64,000 nucleotides of DNA from Balanoglossus misakiensis. Lineage: Eukaryota; Animalia; Hemichordata. The stretch covers positions 3,047,060 through 3,111,059 of the forward strand of contig CM082583.2 in NCBI GenBank assembly GCA_040954595.2, written 5' to 3'. The first letter of the stretch is position 1, and each line of letters opens with the position of its first letter. Shown here piece by piece: positions 11,301 to 21,700 of the stretch. Below the pieces are notes generated by a model. It saw only the letters and a list, made by a program, of their open reading frames with translations. It searched no databases and was not told the origin of the DNA. The position numbers and the translations under genes are program-made.

Positions 11301-13000
11301 GTCACGTTATGGGGCCAGAGTAATTCAACCATATTTTGTGTCAGGATTCTACTGGGAGATGTCTCTTTGGCCACTGTGGTTTAATTGTGTACATTCATGG
11401 GAATATAAAACACTTAACACTGACAGTCGAGACATTGCTCATTCCGAAGTCATAGATATATGGCAAACTGTGATGTTTGTATGACTTATTAATATTACTA
11501 TTCACTTTGCATTCAATGTGTTATGCGCTTCGAAAGTCAAAGTCTTAAGCTTTTTCTTATATTTAGAGTATTCTCTCAAAATTGAGTTAAAAATTGGGTG
11601 CACCGTACAAAAATATTGAATAAGAGAGCAAAATTGTCTCAAATTTGAAATTCAAAATGACCACCAATTTCTCGTGTTTTTGAAAAGACCTCAGACACTT
11701 TCATATAGCAAAGAATTAAAGGGTTTGGAGGAGTGACATTTTTCTGAAAGTCTGTCCCCAATGTGTGTACTACCTTAGGGTGGCGCTATTGTTTATAGTT
11801 TGGCAAATATTTGCATATTGACATAATTCTTTTTTGTCTCATGACACATGGGAAACACATTGTGGTGGAAAATATGAGAGACCTTCAAAAACGTCTCTTT
11901 ACAACTCAACGTTTGCATGTTCAAGTGATGTTGTTTCTTTGTTGTGTACATCAGCATAAAACTTGGTAGATTTCTAACCTGTTTCTCAAACTTCAAACAA
12001 ATTTAACTTGGCTCAACATTGGCCAAATCATCTCAAATGTGTACGCTGGATTCTACATCATCATTGTACTGTACAACAAATGTGATTTTGTTTATCGACC
12101 AAGTACTCATCTCTCAGTCTTATTTTCAAGACTTTTAAAGACCTTGACTTTTCAGGTGCTGTCATCAAAGAACAAGTAACGCAAAACGTCGTAAACTTCA
12201 AATCAACATCTACTCTCAAAGTTAAATCATTTTCAGTGACAAATTACCAAAAAATGAGTTGTTCGACTTTAAATGTATTCAATTTCAAGTTTTGAACAAA
12301 TTAAGTAAAGTTTGCTGAAGGTGAATGGGATGTGGAGGTTTTCATGTTGTCTCCAGTCCGAAATATGGTTTTGAACAAAATCATTCGGGTAATATGCAGT
12401 GTCACCTTCAGCAGTTAATCAATCCCTGTCACTCTGTTGTTGCTGAAGATCTGTCCTGAATAGCTTCAATTCTATTTCTGTAATTTAATGTTATTGTCTT
12501 TAGATTTTCTATAAGGACGGCTTTATTTAGACTGCTCACAGCGAGCAACAGGTTTCTAAGGCTTTGTTTTGCTTTTGTTATTTATAGCGCCCTCATGCGT
12601 TCACTTTAGCCACAAAGTTTTTTTTTCTTTCTTGTGCATTGTTTCATTTTGCCACAAACAGAGTGAATTCATTGGCTCTGTGGAAAGCTGAGTATTGTAA
12701 TGATTCTTGCAACATTTCAAACTAGAATATAGAAGCAATAGTCCAATACTACATGGGTATGTAAAATACTTTGAATTCATCAGTATGTTCGTATAGTTGG
12801 ATACCTTTCAACAGCTCCTTTCCAAAACAAGATTATTAGACATTTTTGTTTCATTTCAACGGTGTACAGTAAGCAGTGCAAAATTATGACAAGATATGTA
12901 TTTAAAATCAGGTTTAAACATCTGATCACGTGTTCTTTCTGGGAATTAGTTTATTTAAAAAAATCTTTGAATAAAATGTATACCAGTTTATTTTGACTGA
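8390..13000 (+). other. Probable long UBE2Q 3' UTR with several candidate poly(A) signals
   Basis: T/TG-rich non-coding sequence follows the stop. AATAAA occurs at about 8663, about 9223 and 12970-12975, the last followed by a T-rich tract. The true end cannot be determined from sequence. Confidence 0.4.
11515..11776. mobile_element. Degenerate MITE-like element in the UBE2Q 3' region
   Basis: Right end CTGTCCCCAATGTGTGTACTACCTTA looks like a transposon terminus. A left partner (TTATGCGCTTCGAAAG) is only weakly similar and there is no clear TSD. Confidence 0.3.
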
Positions 13001-13793
13001 ATTTGGATTTTGTTTTCAGTTCAACATCAATACAGCCATTTTGAATTACAAGTATCTTTGTGTGATTTGTTGAAAGTTATTTGTGATTATATTTTGTCGT
13101 GTGATCGCCTACTCTATTTGACAAAGCTCAAATGCAATATCCCAGTTCTTAGGTTGCATTCTTAAGACAGACAAATTCAGAATGCCACTTGACACAGATA
13201 AATACACCATGTTGCCAGTGATCAGAAAGGTGCAGTGAGGTTTATAGCAGCTTCTATTGACTTCTGATGATCTCTCTTCCAGAACGTTGCTTTGTTGATG
13301 ATGTCACAAAGCAAGGCTGATATTGTACTTTACAACAGATACTTGTCATTTTCAGTTCTTGTTCTATTGTGTCTTCTCTGAAAATAATAAGGCACTTGGA
13401 TTTCACTAAATTGAAGACACGGTAATGTTTTTTTAACAATAACATGTGAGGTTCTTCAAAAATCAATTGATATAGTCTGGTCCCCTGCCCCATTCCCACC
13501 GCTGGCTTAGTTGTCCTAGGCTATTATGAAATGGGCCCCAGAACAAGCATCTCTAGAAACTTACACTCTAAATACGGAGACATTCACAATAGGTTCCATA
13601 TCACACTGTCAAATGAATTATTCATGTATTCATATTACTTTATCCCCAAAAATTCCATGCAATCTGCATTAAATTGATCTATGCACATTCCAGGGACAAT
13701 ATAACAGCGCTCTGTGCTCCAGGCTTGCATAAATTCAAACAGGTTTTCGTTCAGTTGCGACAATGCATTTGTGGCACTGTTGCACAGATATAA

Positions 13794-14106
13794 GGGACCG
13801 TTCAGTTTTTACAGCGGGGTCGACAGGTTTGTGTCATCAGTTTTCAAAATCAGGCAGACCCCCTTCACCAAGGACCAAAAAATGATTACCCCCCCCCCCC
13901 CCTTTGACAGGCAAAAAATATGACCCCCGACCCCCGAAAACATTACACAACTACTTGTGGAGTTAAAAAGCTTGCTTCCAAGAGCTTCCTGATCTTATGT
14001 ACACTGTATACAATAAAGGCAAAGATGATCCCACCCTTTTGGATTCCAAAATTTAAGTGACGCCCCTGATTTTGCCGCCCCGAGGCCGTAAAAACTGAAC
14101 AGTCCC
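13794..14106. mobile_element. PIF/Harbinger (Tourist-like) MITE, family 1 copy 1
   Basis: TIR GGGACCGTTCAGTTTTTAC / GTAAAAACTGAACAGTCCC. TAA duplication at 13791-13793 and 14107-14109. Confidence 0.88.
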
Positions 14107-14253
14107 TAATAAAATTCTGTACAATTAATAATATCATCACAAAACGGTTCAAAGTGTGTTCATTATGACCCATCCACGATTTGATTGGTGTGAAGGGTCT
14201 TTCAGTAGGCATATTGTTCTTGAGTGATGAATTGAAATTATGTATGTCAATAA

Positions 14254-15013
14254 GGGACCGTTCAGTTTTTATGGCTGGGGGGGGGGGCAGCAAGTTTGTG
14301 TCATCGGTTTTCAAAATCAGGCCGACCCCCCTTCACCCAGCACCAAAAAATGATGACACCCCTTTGACAGACCCAAAAATATGATGACCCCCCCCCCCCC
14401 ACGCTGAAAACATTCACTGTCCTGATCCTATGTACACTGTATGCAATAATGGGAATGAGGCTCCCCACACCTCAATTATAAATTTCTTAAAGTAATTGAA
14501 GTATATAATAGTATCGTTGCAATAAAGAAATCTATGATCAAAATAAAATGACAAGTCAATACAATAGTTGCTAGAATTGGTAAAACAAGAAAAGTGGCGG
14601 GGTGGGCGTATCCCCCTCCCACATTAGAAAATTTTGTAAAATACGGTGCTAAAAGTTGCATTTTAATGAACTCAAAAGCAAATTAACTCAATGTTAGGCT
14701 GGACAAATTTTAATTTTGCCACTCCACTCAAAATAAGCATCGGGGGTGGGGTGGGAAGAAGTCTGCCCTGGTACACTAGACAAACCAGAAAAAAATGAAA
14801 TGTGGCGGAGAATGAAGGGGGTGGGTGTGTCCCCCTCCCACATTAGAAAATGTTGTAAAATAAAGGGCGCGAAACTGCAATTTTGTGGACTCAAAAAGCA
14901 AAAGTTCGGTGGCAAAAGTATATGACCCCCTAAACGTTTAAAAAAAACAGATGACCCCCCCCCCCCCTTTTGGACCCCCCCCCCCCCGCCGGCCGTAAAA
15001 ACTGAACGGTCCC
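14254..15013. mobile_element. PIF/Harbinger (Tourist-like) MITE, family 1 copy 2 (longer form)
   Basis: Same TIR. TAA duplication at 14251-14253 and 15014-15016. The left part is homologous to copy 1. An internal direct repeat (CCCCCTCCC(C)ACATTAGAAAA..ACTCAAAA) occurs at about 14600-14680 and 14820-14900. Confidence 0.88.
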
Positions 15014-15695
15014 TAACGACGCTGGCGACACGAAGGCCGTGTTGGTAAATGAAGTAGTGATTCTGTTTATTTGACGGAACAGACCGATGCATTGCTGATA
15101 CACAGAACAACAGATGAATGAATTCTCAAAAGTTACATCTTCATTGCCTTCAAGAAGACAGTAGTTGCAAATGACGACTTTCCTAATTTTTGTTTAGTGT
15201 ATCAAATTTTTTATTAACAATTACATTAAATCTGAAAATCAAACGTTAACAATACTGATTATACAGTTGAAAGTATATACAATTATGAAGTATATGTCTA
15301 ACACCAGGTCAGACTACATATATTTTTGTTTATTTTGCAATTCGTAGCAATAACCAGATCCCTGTGATTTCCACGGCTTGGCTAGCTCATCCTGGTCCCT
15401 ACCCCTTGCACCCGAAATAAACATACCTTGTCTAGCGAAGATGGTCAAGTGCAATTTTTATGTATTGCTCCAGGATCTTGTACAAGCCTTGATATATTCA
15501 TTGATGTATTACATTCGCAAACATTCTCCTGGTGATGTGATTTTGCCTGTTTGATTTTATGTTTTAAATGTTTTAAAAGCATCTGGAAACGGTGTATTTC
15601 CAAGTTGACAAATGGTGTCACAGAAGTTACTGCCAGGAATGCGTGAGTGCGTTCTTATTTGCACTCCACGACAAACTAAAAGTCGCCAATGTTTT

Positions 15696-16583
15696 TTAAA
15701 GACTGGATGGTAATCTAGATAGAGTTTCCTGCCAAGATGATAAAGGTGTGGTAGATGAAGTTTGCACATCGAGTTGAGTGTTAAGATGGGTCGTTGTAAA
15801 CACAGATGACGGTACTGATGATGAAAGATTGTAGTGTGAAGAGATTGGTTGTTCTTCCCGACCAAGGAAACCATCAACGTTGAAAATTCCTCTTGGGAGA
15901 ACCGATGCGGCAGGATAAGACATGGGTACATATGCATTATACGGCGGCGGTATGCTGTAGTGCAGATCGGGAGAAGTCATGGAGATGTAGCCATAGCCGT
16001 AGCTTGTCATGCGCAGTCGTTCCTCATCACGGTGGCATTTGCGAACTCTCCTACGGGCCCGTCGGCGACGAAAATCTCCCTTGGAAAAGTCGTCAAGACA
16101 AGCTGGGTGAATTGCCCAATAATTGCCTTTCCCGTTATCACTTCTCCCGTTCTTAGTAAAGCATTCATTCAGCGACAGATTGTGACGTATACTGTTGCGC
16201 CAACTTTTATCTTTGTTCCTATAGTAGGGAAAGTTCTCGGTGATATATTGATAGATTTCCGACAGGAGCATCCTCTTTTCTGGCGTGCTTAGAATAGCCA
16301 TGGATATGAGAGCTATATAGGAATGATTGGGTTTACTATATCTGTCTTCAGCGTTCATGTTGCTTGTTTGGTTACTGTCCAGGTTACCGCTGACCGCTGT
16401 CGAGTATGGTGATGACGACGGAATACTCTTGTTGGTGTTATCTAAAGATAGCAGTACGTTGGCGATGGTTTCTGAAGAAGTATCGATGTCTGTCACCTCC
16501 GATAGATGTGTGTTGAACTGGGAAGGTGGCAAATCGTCTTTGGCCGAGCAGTAAATTGGGGGAACGTCTTGACATAAATTCAT
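15696..16583 (-). CDS. foxQ2: Forkhead box transcription factor, FoxQ2 class (paralog A), intronless, 295 aa
   Basis: Complete forkhead domain [16 protein letters not shown]...[50 protein letters not shown]. GRSxNGKG and GDFRRRRA are FoxQ2-type signatures. First in-frame ATG is at 16583 (the ORF-track start 16607 is GTG). Stop TAA at 15696-15698. Confidence 0.93.
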   Translation of the reverse strand: MNLCQDVPPIYCSAKDDLPPSQFNTHLSEVTDIDTSSETIANVLLSLDNTNKSIPSSSPYSTAVSGNLDSNQTSNMNAEDRYSKPNHSYIALISMAILSTPEKRMLLSEIYQYITENFPYYRNKDKSWRNSIRHNLSLNECFTKNGRSDNGKGNYWAIHPACLDDFSKGDFRRRRARRRVRKCHRDEERLRMTSYGYGYISMTSPDLHYSIPPPYNAYVPMSYPAASVLPRGIFNVDGFLGREEQPISSHYNLSSSVPSSVFTTTHLNTQLDVQTSSTTPLSSWQETLSRLPSSL

Positions 16584-16719
16584 ACCTGCAATCGCAACGT
16601 CGGTCACCTTTTCAGTTGGCTTTATGGAGTCGAGTGTCAGACGGCGCTGATCATAACCATTTGGTGTTGATACACTGGCAGTGCAAGTGCTATGTCATGA
16701 TGTGTGTATCGGAATTCGG

Positions 16720-16727
16720 TATTTATA
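16720..16727 (-). promoter_or_regulatory. TATA box of foxQ2 paralog A
   Basis: TATAAATA on the minus strand about 140 nt upstream of the ATG. Confidence 0.6.
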
Positions 16728-18499
16728 GCGACTGCTACCCAAATGTCAGGCATTTCACAACAGATAGTTACACAATATTGAACACGAATACTTCACTTAT
16801 ACTGTGAAATTGTTATTGGGTTGCTTTGTATGACGCTTAGACATCAAGTTGAGTAGATCAAACACCTTAATGAGTGTAATATACACAGTTCATGGTACTG
16901 ATGGCCCAGAATGAGTGCTGTAGATCCAATCAATTCTTTTACATGATTGACAAGTATTACAATAGTTTCTTTTCGGTTCTCTTCGCAAAAAACACTTGTG
17001 TTCATTGATTGACATGACCGGCACAAAGCAATTCCTAGGCTTTTGTGAACAGACACAAAATAGGGCACAATGGATTGTAATGACCCGTTTTGTCGCCATG
17101 CCCCACCTTCCTAACAACCAGGACCTCCCATAAGTAAACATCATTTTACCGGACACATCGTGAGATACCGGGTATTCCGACCTCTCTATGACGCAGAATG
17201 ATTGTGTACACTATTTAGCTCTACCGATGCATGCATGCTCTTTTGGTAGTGATTCGTGATACCGCACAGAATATTTTGGAAATCATTCAAATCTTGCTTG
17301 GTTCGGGACAAATAAGAAAACAAATGGGGTTTCGTTTATACATTGTGAGGAACATATTCAGTGACATGGATGAGACCGTTAAATGCATTGTGAAATGAGA
17401 GGATAATTAAAGCTCCACTAAGCGGTCATTTTTCAGTATTTTTGTTCTGTGTATCAACTTCAGTTTCTTGTTCAATCGCTGCAGCCTGATGCTCTATGTG
17501 CGTACCCTCACTTGTTGTTGGAAACTGAATTTGTGTCCGGACTGGAAATCATTTGTCTACATGGTTGTTATTTGTATAGGCTATGTTATCAAGCGCATCA
17601 GTTATATGGCATATGCATTAGAATACAGAACTGTGATTGATGCACAGAAAGCACTCTTTTTAAAAAGCCGAAAGTGCCATCTGGCCGACAGACACTCATG
17701 TACATTGTACACACCTGAGTCACATGTAGAGAGAAAGCGAGGGGGTGAGCCAGGGAGGCTTCATTGTAAGCTCGCTGCCGTTGATGATAGACATTCATCG
17801 CCAAACAAGCACGGAATATCGGTTCATACATAAACAAACTTTTAAACATATCAACGACACTTTAGCCCAGGCATTGAAGACAGAGATGAAGTTCGTATGA
17901 AATTCGCATGTCTTTAGTTTACTGGTCAGTTTGTGAGTTCTTGTATAGGACTGGTGAGAGATTAACTGATTGTAGAGTACCCCCACCAAGATGTAAGGGA
18001 GTGCTCACTCCCAGCTAGGCCTATTCCATGGTTGAACTCTCAGCTATGCCTGCTCGTCACGGTCCAGATTTTTCAGACTGTCAATCAACCCAGCGGTATT
18101 GCTGCTTTCTAAAGTAGAATCTGTAATAAACTTTTGACATTGTGTGAGTTTGTTGACCTCCACGCAAGTGGAAGGTTTGCATTTTGTCCAGGGTTGCGGG
18201 GAGTCTTGCCTTGACCATATTTATGACACCGAGGCTGCGTTCACAAATAGTTGGAAAGGGGGTCTGAGGAATTGAGATTAATACTATATTGTTATACTCT
18301 CAATACCCCATGAAATTATAAGACCCCATCTGCATGGTCAGCACCAACCCCATCTTATCCAGACTAAACTATTATGGTAATATTACCGAGGCAGTTTCAG
18401 TAACGTTTAATATTATTTTCGGCGTTTTGTGTTGAGCATCAACCAATGTCTTGTTCTACTCTCTTAAATATGTTGAAATGTTAATGAGAATTAATGTCT

Positions 18500-19749
18500 A
18501 CTTCAGCTGGGTCTCTGTCTGCACTAACGTCTCTCGCCATGAAAACAATCTTTAATTGGAGTAAAGTTCTTCATACTCTGAGGTAGAACATTAACGCGGT
18601 CATCTTCAATTTGCGTATCGTTCTGAAAAAGATGCTTAATAGCCTTTCATTTTAAGTACATTGTATAAACATCTTGAGAAACCTGGTGCACATGTTAGAA
18701 TACTCTGTACAGTGCCTATCCAACCGTACATTATTGCAGAAAAACTCCTGTTAAATTTTATACGAGTAGACAACTTGTCCTGTGGATTATCGATTTTCTT
18801 TTCCTAAGAGATCTCAAACAGTGTCCGTTAATGGTCGACGCCTGTCCAACCTGATGTATACTTCAACTGGTCTCCTCGGCGTCGTGTGTCCTGTCTTCTT
18901 TTCTTTACATACTTTACACAGCGATGATTGTAGAAGCGGGTATAGTATGATAGTAACCATCACGTGAAGTTTGCGGATGACAGTACGTTGCTTTCGCTCT
19001 TAGTGGGTTCCGAGAATCACGACCCCGCTCTCAATCAGTTTGTTGATTGTTGTGACCAATCTTATTTGAATTTAAATACCACGAAAACCAAAGAAATGTC
19101 CATTGATTTTAGGAGACAAGGAGATGTGCACGAGAAGACCATTATACATGACCACGAAGTGGAAATTGTCTCGTGACACATATCTTGGCTCTATTTTGAT
19201 GATAAACTAAGACGGGATGCAAACACGGATACTGTAGTCAAAAAAGTCCACCAGCGCTTGGATTTATTGAGAAAATTAGCATCTTTTAGAGTAGCTAGGA
19301 AAATCCTATCGTTTTTCTATAAACATTCAAACATTCTAACATTTTCCTTCATATGTTGGCTGCTAAATCTATCCGTTAAAAACAAACACTCACTGGAAAT
19401 CAATTCCAAAATACTCGGTGCTCCTCAGTGAGTTATAATTTTGCATTTTTTACAATCAATGGGTACTTCGTTCAGCTCGTGCAATCATATCCTCCAACAC
19501 CCATGTTTTATCACCAGAGTTTGTTTTACTTCCTAAGGTCCCAGGCGCAAATATTATTTTATTCCGACCGTAGTACTACTTAACAATGTGAATTGATTGA
19601 TTTCCCATGTGTATGCTGTCATTGTACATGTGTGAATTCTTTATGGATTTTTTTGGATTTTTTACCATGTGCATACGTGTTTTCACGACTCACCATTTAA
19701 TTGCCCAGTTTTGGGATGAATAAAGCATTATTGAATATTGAATTGAAAT
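18500..19749 (+). mobile_element. 5'-truncated, decayed non-LTR retrotransposon (Rex1/Babar-like reverse transcriptase pseudogene)
   Basis: Frameshifted RT motifs in order: ALTSLAMK, LQFAYR, KHLEKPGAHVRIL, WIIDF..RSQTVSVNG, KFADDSTL, LNTTKTKEMSIDFRR, QRLDLLRKL. The 3' end has AATAAAG followed by a (TTGAA)-like tail. Confidence 0.88.
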
Positions 19750-21508
19750 ATGAAATCATTTGATATTATTGTTTTATTGCTAACTCACACTTCAGTAGCA
19801 CATTGATCCCTGCCAGGCTAAAAGAGAATATTTGTTGTTATGGCATTGTCACAAACTGCTATGGGGAATTAATTCTCCGCCGGCCAACAGCGAGTTTACT
19901 TTCAATCTGTTGACGGGGGACTTTGCCCTGGAAATCAGAGTGTATTGGCTGATTCTTCCGTTTTGTTATGAAGAGTACTTCAGTACGTAGTTCTAACTTT
20001 GGGGGTTTGTTGCAAAGAAAAACATCAAATTCATATTTGAATAATGCATGATAACATGTACTTTATTTAATATAACATTATTTCCTTGTTTTGATCTTAA
20101 TAACAGACAATAATGCAATCCCGAAGAGTTGAACGTGTTACAATATCATTTGCTTTTTTTTCCTGAAACACAAGATTGTGCTTTACTATTCTACACAATC
20201 TCACTCATCTGATGGAATAGATATGCGTACACAGAAGTTGATACATGCGTGGACATTTAGTCGAAATCAAGCTAATCAAAAAATGTCTCTTGAATGTGTG
20301 GCCACACGAAAAGGGCGCCATCACATGACTATTAAAAACACTTAGACGCGCCCCATTTAACCATGTTAATTCCTATATACGGTAAAATTAGTGTCGGACT
20401 GTCATCGCCGACAACTTGAAGATGATAGAGGGCGCTTATCAAATTCTCTGCACCGGCGATCTCAACATCACTAGAAAAAGCACCTGTCATGGCAAGAGTT
20501 CATCAACAAGGAAAAAAGTGCACTATCTTCAAACGTTCATGTCAATTTAAGTTATGAAAGAAGATCCACATTCTGTTTTGTTTATCGTTCTTAGATATTC
20601 ATCCCTTCATCAACCTTAACACGTGACTAAAATTATTCTGTACCAAAGAAGGCAAACCAATTTTGTATAGTGCATTTTACATTTCAATATTGGCATGAAA
20701 ATTATAAGCCAGTTATTCTGAAAGTCTACCTTATCCTGTTTCAAGCGCGTATGCAAAATATAGCTTGGTAAAAAATAATATAAAATGTTTTCTATCTGGG
20801 CCTTTAGACAGGCGCCAATTTCGGAGCAACAAAATGTGATCACATTGAAGTTTGGGTACGTGTAATGATTGAATGGGTGACATCATGTTTTCCTGTACGT
20901 GTTGTACTCTCATAACGCGATATACACGTACATCTACTGGTTCCGTCTGCGTCTTGCAAAAAAATCTGCTGCAACGAATCGGGGGTACGGTGACGTGTAT
21001 TGAAAGAAAATGTCGCCTTTCAATAGAAACTAATTGTACACATTTCAATTATAGTTTTATTGTGTCGGATAAATTTCGCTGTCAATGGAAGACCTTGATC
21101 TGGATAAGTGCCATGAGTGGCAGTGTTTAGCACATTGCCTTCACTTTCAGGAGCGACAGCTGACACAGACCTCCCGCTGACACGACACCATTGGTTTAAC
21201 AAGTCGTTTCCTTTGTTTTTATTGTTATGCGAAGGACGTCGCGTGATACACGTTGGTGCGGAACATATACATAGCGGAGCCGTTTCTTGTCATTAATAGC
21301 AACCTCACAGTGTACACGAAATCCGAAATCCAGTCAAAGCTATTTTGTTTTCTTGTAAATTTTCTCGCAATAAATTGTCTTGAGGAATCTTGACGGATAT
21401 GCTGACACATATTCTGGGCCTTTACCTTCCATAAATGCGTGTAGTTGAACTAAACTAAACAGAATTTGCCACTTCCCATATCGATTTCTATGTCGACATG
21501 TCATTAAT

Positions 21509-21700
21509 TGACTGACTGACCGTCTGTCTGTCTGTCTGTCTGTCTGTCTGACTGACTGACTGACTGACTGACTGAATGAATGAATGAATGAATGAATGAA
21601 TGAATGAATGAATGAATGAATGAATGAATGAATGAATGAATGAATGAATGAATGAATGAATGAATGAATGAATGAATGAATGAATGAATGAACGAACGAC
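21509..21700. repeat. Compound microsatellite (TGAC)/(TGTC)/(TGAA)n
   Basis: Directly visible tandem tetranucleotide repeats. Confidence 0.97.

Noticed and set aside
15849-16554. Plus-strand ORFs antisense to foxQ2 paralog A (and similarly 44539-45730 for paralog B)
   Set aside because: Shadow ORFs of coding sequence with no recognisable domains.
16584-16607. ORF-track start MTDVAIAG for paralog A
   Set aside because: The start codon is GTG. In a eukaryote the first ATG (16583) is the more likely start.
18232-18360. GGCTGCGTTCACAAA, a Harbinger-like terminus
   Set aside because: No matching second terminus or TSD found.
20270-20345. Weak similarity to 60295-60370 (AGC.AATCA...GTGGCCAC.CGAAAA)
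   Set aside because: Probably old repeat fragments. Too short and divergent to call either a mobile element or a duplicated enhancer.
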